A DNA stretch of 64,000 nucleotides from an uncultured Trueperaceae bacterium (GCA_963815215.1 CAWFFU010000010.1:295863-359862); one strand, 5' to 3'. Counted from the first letter of the stretch, positions 33,792 through 45,324 are shown. Numbers and translations are program-made. The notes: generated from the sequence alone by a model not told the origin.

Positions 33792-34352
33792 TCAACGGGT
33801 GCCACCACGCGGTCGCGGTCCGAAGATGATGCTCGTCGTTGCAGGAGGCAGGGCTGAGACGGGTACCAGCCTCCCGATTACAAGAGGTGTATCGATAACA
33901 CCCGCGAGATCCCTGATTTCTGTGGAGAGCTTCTCGAATGAGGTTAGTACGGGCGCATCGTTCGGCGATACCACCTTCAGGAAGGCCGTATCTGCCGCCG
34001 CGATGATTGCGACGTCTGCGTGTTTCCCTGCCGTGACCTTCATCGCGTCCAAGATGTCTGATCCAAGGCTCATCTGGTGTCTGAACGTGAATCGGACCCA
34101 AGTGCGATCACGTACGTAGCGTCCTCCCTCGCCGTCCCACCCGGTGTCCAGGAAGCGCTGATCGATGACACGATTCAGATATGGTTGGATGCCCATCGGT
34201 GGTCGTTTGCCTTGCGCCAGCTTCTCGGTCCTTGCGGCTGCGTAGGCGAGTGCGGCCTCCTTCCACGAACCCTGGAGCGTCCCATCGAGCTGAGTATCTC
34301 CAACCGCGAGCTCTTGGTCGCACCATGGAGCACGGAAGAGCTCGACTTTCAC
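33792..34352 (-). CDS. Putative BglII/BstYI-fold restriction-endonuclease-like protein with atypical catalytic positions
   Basis: LNRVIDQRFLDTGW, DVAIIAA, SFEKL and PLVIGRL resemble the BglII scaffold; GTG start overlaps the upstream stop. Confidence 0.5.
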   Translation of the reverse strand: MKVELFRAPWCDQELAVGDTQLDGTLQGSWKEAALAYAAARTEKLAQGKRPPMGIQPYLNRVIDQRFLDTGWDGEGGRYVRDRTWVRFTFRHQMSLGSDILDAMKVTAGKHADVAIIAAADTAFLKVVSPNDAPVLTSFEKLSTEIRDLAGVIDTPLVIGRLVPVSALPPATTSIIFGPRPRGGTR

Positions 34353-37300
34353 GCCCTGGGCCCTCGGACAGGAATCGCTCCGACACGCTTGACAGCCAAT
34401 CTGGTCCCGTCTCTGCTCCAGATCGGGAGGGGCGGTGCCGCAACATCGCCGGGCATGGGCGCCGTCAACTCTGCAGGGTTCGGCCACCATCCGATGAGGG
34501 CAGAATGAATCGCAACGACTGGGTCACCTTCGCTGACCGAGACGAAGCCCGCGGCATCGAGGTCCAGGATCGTACCGAAGATGAGCGCGTCGAGCACCTC
34601 CGGGAGGCTGTCGGGCCTGAGAACGACGACCCCATCTCCAGAACCTGCGCAGCCGAGCAGGAGCGGTACGCCATCGGCCTCAACGATCATGAGGGGAGCA
34701 AGCTCACCGTCAGCTGAGTTTGCCGGTGGCAGCGATTCGAGGAGAGCTGAAGATCCACTGCGCCGCGAGAGTGAAACCGGTCCGTGCATCGACATCTGCC
34801 GACACCGCGACAGTGGTGCCCTTGCTGGCGAACCGGGTGGCGCCATCAACCCTCGCTACAACCCAACCAGCTCTTGCGGCGGTCCGCTCTAGCACACGGA
34901 GAAGGCGCGATCGGAAGTCGGACGTGCCTTGCCAACCGAGACGTTCCACGGGCGCGCGATTCCAGACCCTGGAGAGCGCTTTCAGCTGAGTCGACTTCCG
35001 GGCTTCCTGTAATTCTGCGAGGAGGTCTGACGTCGGGCGTCCAGCTCCAAGCGACCGTTCACTCACGGCGGCGCGGATTGCCTGGCTGACGAGCTCGGGG
35101 TAGGTGCCTACGGCCAGGTCCAGCAGCTCCTTGCGGGCCAAGAGGCGACCGTAGATTTCCCTCTCGATGCTCCCGGGATACCATAGGTTGACGATTCTGA
35201 CGGTCGGCTCCTTCTGGCCCACGCGAGCGATGCGCCCGATTCGTTGCTCGAGCTTGGCGGGGTTCCAGGGTACGTCGACGTTGATCAGGACGCTTGCTGC
35301 TTGAAGGTTCAGGCCCTCTGAAGCGGCGTCAGAGCAGAACACCACCCCAACAGCTCCTGCGTCCAGTGCATCGGTGACGTCCTTCTTCGAAGCTCTCCTC
35401 CGAGTGGTACCGTCGAATACCTCCACAAATCCTCCCGTGTAGGTTGCGAAGGGCACCATCGTCCCGAACGCGTCGCGGAACGATTCGATGAGTGACCGTA
35501 CCGTTGACGTGTACTTCGAGAAGACGAGGCAGCTGTGGCCCGCGTCGAGCCCACTACGCAGTTGTGCCATGGCCTCGATCATCTTGGGATCGATAGCCCG
35601 CGGTGTTGGCTCGAACTGCTCGAACATCTTCAGGATGGGACGGATGTACGAGAGCTCGACTTCGCAGGCTCTTCGAACGGCGTCCGTAGGACGTTCGGTG
35701 TCTTCATCCGACCAAGTGTCGACTGACTCGTCCTCATCATCGTCAGTCTCCTCATCGCTCCATGCCTCGCCTGCAAGCAGGGAGACCAAGCGGTCTGACC
35801 GCCGGCGGAGCGTATCGAAGGCGGATTGGAGGCTCGACGCGATCCGCTGTTGGTACGTCACTGTCAAGAACCCGACCGAGTTCGACCGGTCGCTCCACAT
35901 CGACCTCTCGACGGTGCCCAAGGCTTCACTCAGGTAGCGCTCGACCGCCCGCAACAGGGTCAGAACCTGATGTGGAGAGACGGGTTCGATGGAGTCGAAT
36001 GTGCGTTCCGGGAACGAGTATCCGATCCGTTCGAGTGCGCCGCGCGTATTGCGCAGTATCAACAGGGCTGCAGGGTGGAACCGCACAAGGCCCTCGAAGA
36101 CAGTCGGCCATGCCTGCCGGGCCGCCGTAGTTGCTCTGAGCCGCGCCCGAATTCCATCGCTTGCAGCGATGGCCTCGACAATGCGACCCACGTTATGGCG
36201 CCCCATGGCTCTCGGGGCGAACCAGGATCCTCGATGTCTCGAGGATGTCGACTGCATCGGATACCTCCTGCATGTCGGGATCGTCTTCGGTACCGCGACT
36301 CAGGAGGGTGAGGCTCCTCCTGTAAACGCCGTCAGTGAACTCCGACGGCAAGGACAGGAGTTCCAACATGTCGCGAAGTTCGCCTTCATCCATCTGCATC
36401 GGTGTCGCGGTGAGAAACAAGAGATGCGGAACCGACCGTGAGATATCGTGCATCATCTTCCGCAAGAGAGACTCAGAGCTCCCGGTCGGCCCACGGCGCT
36501 TCCGCGCTGCATGTGCTTCGTCCAGGACGACCATGTCTGGCAGCACGGTGGCGGTTCTGAACGCATGGCCCCGCCGCTTCGTGCCCCTCGCGAGATCCCT
36601 GGAGACGATCAATCGGCTCGGGTAATCACGCCCGAATGGTCCGTCCATCGCCCGACGGACCGCGCCTGATGCGGCAATGAACTCGCGCCGGTATGAATCG
36701 AACCGCCAGAAGTCCATCCCGAAGGAGTCGGTCAGCTCATCCTGCCACTGTCTCGCCAGTGAAGGTGGCACCAAGATGATGACTCGTTCGACACCAAGGA
36801 AGTTGACCGCGAACTTGACCACCGCTGCCGCCTCGTAGGTCTTCCCAAGCCCTACTTCGTCCGCCAGGAGTGCGCGCACTGGCCACCTGCTCGTTGCCTC
36901 GATCAGGACCCGTTCCTGATGAGGGAAGAGGGGTCGCTCACTCGAGTTCACGGCAGCCATGAGAGGGCTGTCACGCAGCAGCCTGACGACGTCGAGTGGT
37001 CGGGCCAGCCGTGGAGTAGAAGGTCTCCGAGGCGCACCCACCCCGAGTGCGGCCAGTAGCTCGTCGCCGAACGCCTGGTCAACCACCGCGACTTCGAGGC
37101 CATCGACATCACCGCTCCACACTTCCTCGAACTGCGCTAGATGTGCGGACGTGTAGGGGGCGCCCCCTGCCCAGGACATGTGCACCGTCACCTCTTCGTA
37201 GTTGCCGCCCAGCCCAGAGACCGTCTCATTCGGGCTACCGGAGGCCGAGACCACATCGCCGAACACGTCCGAGAAGATGAGGCGCTTGCTATGGAAGATC

Positions 37301-37715
37301 CTGGGAGCGCTTCGGTCCCCCCTACCACTCTGGCGCATCTGACCTCCAGCATCCCATCTCGCAGCATCCAGCCAACGGTCTCGATGCGGTCGCGTCGGAG
37401 CTCGTCTGTGAGGGTCGAGACGCCCTCCACGATGCGCTGTCGCAGGTTCGCGACGACCTCGTCTATCGCCGCTGCGCGCGTGGCCGCCACGAGTTCAGGG
37501 TCGAGTGCGTGGGCTCCTACGATGAGTCGCACGTGTCCACCGTTCGCCCGCAAGCCATCCAAGCCTTCGGCCACCGCCACCAGCGACCCGACGGTGAAGT
37601 AGCCGGCCAGACGGTCGTATCGACTCGAGTTGGAGAGCGCGGGCTGGAGAAGGTCGCGGGCGATCTCGCGCCCCGGCCCTGCATAGAAGATCCGAAGAGG
37701 GATGTCCCTAAGCAA
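34349..37715 (-). CDS. PLD (HKD) nuclease - SNF2 helicase fusion, split by frameshifts near 37298, 36228 and 34755
   Basis: YDRLAGYF N-domain, FHSKRLIFSD...SGSPNET HKD motif, LADEVGLGKT, LDEAH, LTATP, SEGLNLQ and WNPAKLEQRIGRIAR across four consecutive ORFs. Confidence 0.85.
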
Positions 37716-37717
37716 CG

Positions 37718-38371
37718 CTACCCGGGTTTCTCGGCGACGGCCGCGATGATACTCGCGCAGATCTCATCGTCCCCGTCTGGCGAAGGCACGGCGACAACGC
37801 CTCGGTCGACCAACTGACGCAATAGGCCCAGAGCGTACGTTGCCTGCCGAGGTGTGAGCGGCCGGCCGCCTTTCCGTCTCGTCGCGAAGCTCTTGAGTGC
37901 AGAGACGTTCTTTGGTGCCTTCCTGCCTGATCGGGGCCAAACCCCGTATTGGTCGGCCTTCTTCGCCGCGACGTGGAATGCCTCGGCGCCAAGGACGGTC
38001 ACGCGCTCCGCTGGGGAGATCCCGACGAGTTCGCGCAGGACCGTACGCACGGACTCGAACGCGGTACTCCGGGGACGGTCCTTGAGCCCATCCAGTGCCT
38101 TCGTGATCTCCTCTGTTGGCACCTGAGATAGCAGCATCCACGTGGTGGTCGGTGGATCGGCCTCAGAAATCAGGTTCAGGCTGTCGTCCTCAAGGGTGTC
38201 TAGCCTGATCGCGGACTCGAACTCCGCTTGGGTCGCAGCCACCGTATCCGCGGCCGCTTCCACGGTGAGGCCGCTCTCATGGAAGGCCTGTCCTACGCTT
38301 CGCACCCAGTCCCCGAGGGGCTGACGGGGAGCAGCCCAGGTCCTCTCGAGCGCACCGCTTTCGTCAGTCAT
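37718..38371 (-). CDS. Hypothetical helical protein, second gene of the GHKL operon
   Basis: Start overlaps the GHKL stop (ATGA) and its stop abuts the helicase start; protein-like composition. Confidence 0.7.
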   Translation of the reverse strand: MTDESGALERTWAAPRQPLGDWVRSVGQAFHESGLTVEAAADTVAATQAEFESAIRLDTLEDDSLNLISEADPPTTTWMLLSQVPTEEITKALDGLKDRPRSTAFESVRTVLRELVGISPAERVTVLGAEAFHVAAKKADQYGVWPRSGRKAPKNVSALKSFATRRKGGRPLTPRQATYALGLLRQLVDRGVVAVPSPDGDDEICASIIAAVAEKPG

Positions 38372-39894
38372 GCCGTGGCACCTCGACGCGAGTCATCAGC
38401 CCCCTGCTCCGTGACGCCGCCAGCGACAGGCCTGAATTCGCCTGTCAGCGCATCGTGCAACCATTCGTCCCGTACCCTCCGTGCCCGCCGAGAATCGATG
38501 CCCTCGTACTCCTGGAGCACCCGCGCGATGCAGTCTGCGATTGCGAGGCAGCCAAGGAACTCCTCGTCGGAGGTCTTCTCGAATGCAACCGCGTTCGCGT
38601 TGAGCATCACCACCATCTCGAGTGAGCTAGCGTCGTACACGTAATCCCAAGGAAGTAGTTCGTTGTCCAGGCTCTCGACCGTGCAGTCAACCGTCACTGA
38701 GCCCCTGGGCAATGAGATGATATTGCGCCGGGCCGCCAGGCGTGTGGCGGTGGTTGGCGCCACCGATTCCCCTTGCGAATCGTCGTCTGACGCGTTCGAT
38801 GGGGGCGGAGCGTCCGAGTCGCTCCCGTCTTCTCCTCCTGCTCCGTTGCCTAGAACGCTCCTCATCCGGGAGAGTGCACGATGGACCCTTGACGTGTCGT
38901 CGCGTCCGCGACTCATCGATCTCGAGGCCTCGACGGCTGGCCGCAACAGTGCCTTCATCGTCGCCACCGCGAGTCTCCACTCTTCACGAGACGTTTCGAA
39001 CCCTCTCTTGTTGAAGTTGACGGGAACGAAATCGAGATGGGCCTCGCCCATGATCCTGGAAGTCATGAGGTGAGCAGCGAAGAACGACTTGTTCCAGGAC
39101 TCGATGAGCTGTCCCTCTCGATACAGATTGATGCCGTAGTCACCCCGGTTGTGTGTCTGCGAGTCCAGACCGAACCAACCCGACACCCGCCACGTCTGGC
39201 CCTCGACGACGAGCTCATCGAACTCGTGTCGCGACCCCTCGATGAGGTTGTACGGCGCTGGTGATGCCTCCGTCCCGTTGACGAAGATGCGGTCCTTCTG
39301 GGTGGTGATGTGGGGGCTGTAGGCTCGGCCAAGGAAGTCAAGGATGGCACCGGCCATGATCTCCTTGTCACGCAGACTCGTCACCCAGATAGCAGTGCCC
39401 TGCGGCCTGTCCACGAGAGGGCCGCTTCTATCAGGCTCGTCCTCTACGATTTCGATCGACCAGTCGTGCGAGGCGCTCGCACCCCGTCGCCCGAAATCTT
39501 CAAGGTCGAACGTGACTCGATACTCGACGCCATCCTGGTTCTCCGGTCGTGTCACGATTCCCCACCGTCTACCCAGGCTCGCGGCCGCAGTCTTCATACC
39601 AAGGCCGTAGGTACCCATCCTCGCCGTCTTCCGGCCGGTGATGATGTCCATGTCTATGCCGAGACGCACCGCCTCCTGCAAGATGTCGAGAGTCATCCCC
39701 GATGCATCATCCGCGATAGTCAGTTCGCCGTCGTCCAGCGTTACGTCCACGCGGACCGGTGCGTCTGCCACCCTTGCATCGAGGCTGTTCGCTACCAGCT
39801 CGGCCACGGCTTCCGGGGGCTTCAGGGCGGTTGCCCCGATGGTCTGCATTAGTCGTGGTGACGGCACGTTATCGAATCGATGCGTCTTGGGCAT
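38368..39894 (-). CDS. GHKL (MORC/MutL-like, HATPase_c_3) ATPase
   Basis: AVAELVANSLDA, IADDASGM, GTYGLGMKTAAASLG and GT motifs followed by an S5-like region; AGGAG RBS. Confidence 0.85.
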   Translation of the reverse strand: MPKTHRFDNVPSPRLMQTIGATALKPPEAVAELVANSLDARVADAPVRVDVTLDDGELTIADDASGMTLDILQEAVRLGIDMDIITGRKTARMGTYGLGMKTAAASLGRRWGIVTRPENQDGVEYRVTFDLEDFGRRGASASHDWSIEIVEDEPDRSGPLVDRPQGTAIWVTSLRDKEIMAGAILDFLGRAYSPHITTQKDRIFVNGTEASPAPYNLIEGSRHEFDELVVEGQTWRVSGWFGLDSQTHNRGDYGINLYREGQLIESWNKSFFAAHLMTSRIMGEAHLDFVPVNFNKRGFETSREEWRLAVATMKALLRPAVEASRSMSRGRDDTSRVHRALSRMRSVLGNGAGGEDGSDSDAPPPSNASDDDSQGESVAPTTATRLAARRNIISLPRGSVTVDCTVESLDNELLPWDYVYDASSLEMVVMLNANAVAFEKTSDEEFLGCLAIADCIARVLQEYEGIDSRRARRVRDEWLHDALTGEFRPVAGGVTEQGADDSRRGATA

Positions 39895-40118
39895 TCGCTA
39901 CTCCTAGCTCCCAGTCTGCGATAGGGCTCCGAGGCCAGATTCCATCGTGGCCCTGCTAGTCCCCTGTGTGCAGCATCCTCCTGCGACAGCACGACGCCCC
40001 ACGGATCCCGCCTGGAACTCACATGCTGCTCTCAGGATAGCCCACGATTTCGACCTCTCTGCGCTGGAATCTTCACCCCCGAGAGGAACGGAAGACGGCA
40101 AGGTGTTGCGATGATCAA

Positions 40119-40784
40119 TTGAAACCACCAGAGAAGCGCGACCACATCGTTCGACAGCGCGCCCTACGCTTGAACGGCTACTTCCTCGACGAGGCTTTGT
40201 GGGATGAGGAGTGGATTCAGATCAGAGGCCGGGAGCTCCTCCAACAGGCACTGAAGATCTGGGCTCGACCCCAAGAGGAGGCTGGTCAGCATCAGCAGGC
40301 CGCGGATGTCGAACTCGCCCTTGAGATCGAGACTGAGCCTGAACCCGTGACAGCCAAACAGCTCCTTCCGGCTGCCCTGTCCGCCTTTGAGAAGGCCGCC
40401 CCCAACGGCTTGAAGTTGGTTGGGCGGGGGAAGACCTACCGTCAAGTGCGAGTGGAAGGCTGGCCCGCAGACCTCCACTACGAGTTCTCGGCGCACGACG
40501 AGGTCTTCGGCGTTGACCTGCATGTGGAGCTGGCGGAGGGCCATCCGCTTAGGGACCGCCTGGTTAAGCAACTCGACTCGTTGCTCCCAGTCGTTCGCCA
40601 AGGCTTCCCGGGGTTCGAAGGGAAGCGTCTCAACAAGCGGACCTGGCGGTGGCCCCGAGTGGAGATTCCCGTCGGCGCGGTGCCTGGTGAGCAACTGGGG
40701 GCAGGAATGCTGCGGCTTATCGACCTCACGAAGTCAAGGATGGACGGTGTCGTGAGGGCCGCCGCGAACCAAGCAGCTGACTAG
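40119..40784 (+). pseudogene. 3' remnant of a GmrSD/DUF1524-like protein with an extra C-terminal domain
   Basis: LRLNGYF...WDEEWIQIRGRELLQQALKIWARP resembles the end of DUF1524-type proteins; no N-terminal part or good start. Confidence 0.55.
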
Positions 40785-41330
40785 TTGTCGTGCTTGAGAT
40801 GCGGTTTGCCAGGGGTTCCCGTGCGTACACGCACGCCGTTGGGCCTCTCAACTCCGGGCAGCGTCATTTTACAGGCTCATCTTCGTCGCGCATGGGAGTC
40901 TCGCTGCCTTCTTGCAGGGGACGCGCATGGGCGGACGCTCAATTCGCGGAAGGTCAAGACAAGTGAATCGGGCATTCGCGAGCTGATCAAAGTGATTAGG
41001 AGGACATTTGGGCTGAAAAAGATTGCGAGGTCACTTCTAGTGGTAACAGGCATTGGTGTCGTGTCGACAGCGCTCGCCCAGATTAGCACGGCGAAGTTGA
41101 ACAATGACGTCTACTGGATGGGTATCCAAGCCAAGCCCTGCGAACCGGACCATTGGCTCAAGGGGGTGGACATTACCTTCAGCCTCTGCGGCGAACCTTT
41201 TCGTGGGCCGAACGTCATAAGGGCGGGCAAGAGGCGCATTCAACGTGACGCTGATCAACGATGACGGGTTCCTGACAAGCAAGTCAAGTCCCGTCTTGTC
41301 TGTAGATTCCTCCATCAGCCGGTCGTTACC

Positions 41331-41615
41331 CTTCGCCAAGTCCAGGCGCCACCGCTTCGGTCCGTTGAACTTGTAGGCAGGGTCAGCGAATATCGCCGAC
41401 TCCGGTGTCCAACCTAGGTGCGTGAGGCGCTGGCGGAGAAGTATGTTGATGGCCGCCGAAAGCGAGTTGCTGGACCTACCACTCTGGAATCTGTCTATCA
41501 GTGCGGCATCATCGATGCAGCGAGCGACCTCTTGCAACTCGTCCCATTCAGCTGCGTACCTGGGTTCCGCAAGAATTGTTCCTGCATGCCTGTGTGAGTG
41601 TAGTTGGAAACGCAT
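41331..41615 (-). pseudogene. Truncated BglII/BstYI family restriction endonuclease
   Basis: MRFQLHSHRHAGTIL...SLSAAINILLRQRLTHLGWTPESAIF...WRLDLAK, after which the resemblance is lost before the catalytic E. Confidence 0.6.
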
Positions 41616-42238
41616 TGCCCCCAAACCGCTCTGGCTCCCGATCGTAACCCTTGTGGCGCCTCTGCGAAGACTATGACCGGGCCCGGATGGAGGAGGCCGC
41701 CTGCGACGTGCCGACGCAGGATGGAATGCAGGAATCGTGTGTGTCCGTGATGGTGCTGTCAGACTCCTGTAAGAGCGCGAAGGTTTCGATAGACTCAAGC
41801 GCAAGCGCACGTTTCGTGGCCGGGTCACGCGCTTCCTAGGGGGAAGTAATGGAATGGAACAGCGTCGAGGGTGTGCCAGGATGGCTGGCGCTCCCTTGTG
41901 TACGCATATCTCGATGTCGGGGAGGCTTCGCGGCCTCCTGTACAGCGGAGCGCCCGGGCTGCGAGCCAGTCAGCGTCGACCGGACGCACGGCAATCTGCG
42001 GCATCAAGGGTGGATGGCCGTGGAGTGACCCCGGAGACCGTCCTGGCGGAAGTGGCCCAGAAGCTGAGGACCGAGTACGGTGGGAGCGTACCTCCACATC
42101 TCACGGGTCGGCAGCTTCTTGATCTAGCAGAAACCGTGCTCGGTGGGGACACCCAACTGGACTGCACAGGTACGTCCCTGCGGGCTTACCTTGGATTCCG
42201 GATGCGAGCGTGGTGGGCCGCGTGGTCCCAGGGAGCCC

Positions 42239-42829
42239 ATGTCCCCCGAGGAGATCGAGATCCTTCTAGGCGCCGGTGCGGCTCAGGAGCACTGGCCTCT
42301 CATCGTTGAGATTGAGCGCCAGGTCGCTGGCTCGGGGGGCACCGTGGCCTCGGTCGAGACCCGTGACTACGCCTGCCGGGTGCTCATCGACGTGGGCGAC
42401 TGGCTTCAAGGCGTCGACATCTTCTTCGATCGGAACCGCAGGTACGGTGCAGTCCGGCAGGTGGGCCGATCGCGTGACCCTGAACGAACCTCTGAGTTCC
42501 TCGAGCATGTCGAGAGGGCTGTCGCCGCGTTCGGCGTCAGTGATCCGGAGGAGAGCCAGCTTCCGGAGCATGCGTCTGAGGTCCTCGCATGTGTCGCAAA
42601 GGTTCTCGGTAAGCGTGGCGCACCCATCTGGTTCGCCGGAGCGGACCTCTACACCGTTCGCCTACACCACGATACAGGGCTTGTTGGCTTCTCTAGGAAC
42701 AAGCAGGGGATATGGACCCGTGCATACTTCCAACCAGGTCGCGGAGTTGAGGGCCCACCCCCGGAGCTCGCGGAGGCCATGGGTCAGGTCCTCGCGTGCC
42801 TTCACGACGGCTCCAAGGGGCCCGCGTGA
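42239..42829 (+). CDS. Tandem TBP-like-fold protein (TOTE-type, putative)
   Basis: Two internal helix+beta-meander repeats (VETRDYACRVLID...VDIFFDRNRRY and GADLYTVRLHHD...GFSRNKQGIW); first gene of the operon, next to a TPR/OB protein. Confidence 0.5.
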   Translation: MSPEEIEILLGAGAAQEHWPLIVEIERQVAGSGGTVASVETRDYACRVLIDVGDWLQGVDIFFDRNRRYGAVRQVGRSRDPERTSEFLEHVERAVAAFGVSDPEESQLPEHASEVLACVAKVLGKRGAPIWFAGADLYTVRLHHDTGLVGFSRNKQGIWTRAYFQPGRGVEGPPPELAEAMGQVLACLHDGSKGPA

Positions 42830-44356
42830 TGGGAGGCGTGTCTTCCGAGATCACGGCGCTCCGCAAGAGCGGGAGAACGAACGAGGCCTTAGAGATGGCG
42901 CGCGCGCTGGCCGTGAACGGTAACGTCTCACACGCCGAGCGGATGGCCCACGCCTGGGCGGTCTGGCAGGCGCTCAAGGAAGCCGTCCGGCGGCTGCCTA
43001 ACATCGGGACCGGGAAGCCTTCCGGCGTCTTGCACATCCGTAGGCTCCTGAAGGAGTACGCGGACCTGGATCCGCCGAGAGATGACCTGTGCAATCGGCA
43101 GGTCTTGACCGTACTCCTGAAGGTTGCCCAGGACCTCGACGGGTTCGTCAAGTTCGTCCGATGGTGGGGATCCGCAAGTCGCCCTCGATGCGGACTCCTA
43201 TGCCCCGTTCGTAACGAGCGATGGGAAGACGGTCCCGAGCTTCGCGGAGCGCGTCCAGTCGGCAGTCAGCAAGCACGTTCTCACCCACGCCACGCCCCCG
43301 CGCCGGGAAGACTTGGAGTTCGCACTGTCCTTGACGGAACTTGTCGGGAAACGGACCAAGGGGAAAGGTCGGTTCATCCCCTACTACCGGGGTCGCCTGC
43401 TCGTGGAGTTGGGCGATGTTGACGGTGGCATCGCGAGCCTGCGGAGGTTCACTGGCTCGAACGTCAAGGAGTGGTGGGCATGGCGGACGCTCGCGGAGGC
43501 GTTGTTGGGGAAGGACGCGGATGCGGCCCACAAGGCGGCTGCGAGGGCGGTCGTCCTGTGCCCCGAGGATTTCAAGAGATTGGCGCTCGGCCTATTGGAG
43601 CGAAGCGCTCAGGCCGCCAGGACCGAACTTCCCGATGGGGACGGCCTGCGCGCACTGGCTTCGTCCGCGAGCGAGATACTCTTCGGCGAGCTGCCGTGGG
43701 AACGCGGAGTTGCTGTGCTTCCGTTGCAAAGGAAAGGGCGACGCGACCTAGCCCGGTTCGCTGTCCAACGCGGCGATGAGTGGGTATCGGTCGTGGCGCC
43801 GGGTCTAGAAGAATGCGTGGCCTTCGGAACCGAGGTGGAGCTTAGGGTTGTTCCATCGGGGCGTGGGCCGAAGGCGGTTGCGGTGAGGTTGGCCGAGGTG
43901 GTTGAGGTCGGAAGCGATCAGGGTTTGCCCTGGCGGGTAGGCGTTGTGACTGCCGTCGACGCGGCCCGAGGAACGGTGCAGGTTCAGTACGCGCTGGACG
44001 GCAAGGGCTGGGTGCCTGCGCCAGAAGGGTTCACCCATGACGTAGGCGATGCGGTACGCGTCGTTGTGTCAAGCACGGACCGTGGCCGGGCAGTGGTCGG
44101 GATCGACGAAGCAGTGGCTTGGGAGTACGCAGCAGGAGGTGTGGGGGTCATCCGTACAGAAGGCCCGTTGGAGGTGACTTCCGCCGGCTTCGGTTTCGTC
44201 GACGCCCCCGAGGACCGGGTGTTCGTCCCACCCGATCTCGTTCCGGCGCCGGTGCCGTCCGAGGTGCAGGTTGTGGCGGTGCGCGCGATCGATCGGAAGC
44301 GGGGCGTACCCGGATGGCGAGCGATCGCGTTACACCCGAAGGCAGTGGCGCCATGA
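42829..44356 (+). CDS. TPR + S1/cold-shock-like OB protein (DUF7017/TOTE-like), frameshift near 43169
   Basis: ITALRKSGRTNEA, GKTVPSFAER, PYYRGRLL and KEWWAWRTLAE, then C-terminal GFGFV...VFVPPDLV...RKRGVPGWRAI. Confidence 0.65.
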
Positions 44357-45324
44357 GCTCGCCTACCGAAGCAGTGCCGCTAGAGGATCGCTTGTTCGTT
44401 GCCGGACGCCGGAGATCTGCGTGGCGGCCGCTGCCTCCCTTCGCCAAGGCGGCCACCGCCCTAGGGAGGGAGCTTTGGTCAGGAGCCGTGGCCGGCCAAA
44501 CGAACCTGATCGTACTCGTTGTCCCACAGCGGTCGTTCGTCGCTTGGTTCATCTGTCTCGGCGCGCTCGACGCCTCCCTCAGTGCGTCGGTCGACACCGT
44601 CCCGCAGGAAGTGGAGGTCGGTTCGGGGGTCAAGGTCGTCTTCGAAGGTGGTGTCTATGACGGTGTGTACCTCGGGCTTCACGAGCGAGTCGTGCTGGGG
44701 GAGCACAAGCGCTACCACGATGTGCAGGTGAGGGGGAGCGGCAAGATGATGTTCCCAGAGGGGCAGGCGGAGCTGATCACCGTTTCTCAAGCCGGTGACG
44801 GACCGCGGCTGGGGAGCTTCCGGCCCGCGACGCCCTCCGATCAACTGGCCTTCGCCGCCGCGGCGCTGGGGTTGAAGGACCCCGTACGGTTCGAGGCTGA
44901 GACGGAGGAGGTCGCTGCAGTGATCGGGGTCCGCTCCGCGCTCAGCAGCGAACTGGGGTATGCGGAGCTTTCTGTGAAGGACGGCCCTAACAGACTCAGT
45001 GGATCGCTCAACGACCTCCTTCGTGTTCGCGGGCCGCATTCGACAAGCGGGTGGCGCGTCGACCTACAGACATCGCTCGGCGACGGCGCACCCGGGGGCG
45101 ATGCCCGCCTGCTGGTCATGGATGGCGCGCTTGCGGTCCTACGGCGGGGCTTGGACTTCGACGTGAGGAACCTCGTCGTGCTTGTCGACCCCGTGGACCC
45201 CAGCACGCCGCTTGCCCTGAGTGAGTTGGAGCAACGCGCCGCACTCTCCGAACAGCTCCAGTTGCCCGAGGCCCTTTCGCACCCCGGGTTCGGCGATATC
45301 GAAAGAGCTTGGTTGCGGACATGA
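44353..45324 (+). CDS. Hypothetical protein, possibly N-terminal half of a DrmE-like protein
   Basis: ATGA-coupled on both sides; degenerate alpha/beta fold features (LLVMDG, VVLVD). Confidence 0.6.
   Translation: MSSPTEAVPLEDRLFVAGRRRSAWRPLPPFAKAATALGRELWSGAVAGQTNLIVLVVPQRSFVAWFICLGALDASLSASVDTVPQEVEVGSGVKVVFEGGVYDGVYLGLHERVVLGEHKRYHDVQVRGSGKMMFPEGQAELITVSQAGDGPRLGSFRPATPSDQLAFAAAALGLKDPVRFEAETEEVAAVIGVRSALSSELGYAELSVKDGPNRLSGSLNDLLRVRGPHSTSGWRVDLQTSLGDGAPGGDARLLVMDGALAVLRRGLDFDVRNLVVLVDPVDPSTPLALSELEQRAALSEQLQLPEALSHPGFGDIERAWLRT

Noticed and set aside
40785..41264. ORF 40785-41264 as an intact gene
   Set aside because: The N- and C-terminal parts are not protein-like; only a short internal signal-peptide-like stretch is plausible.
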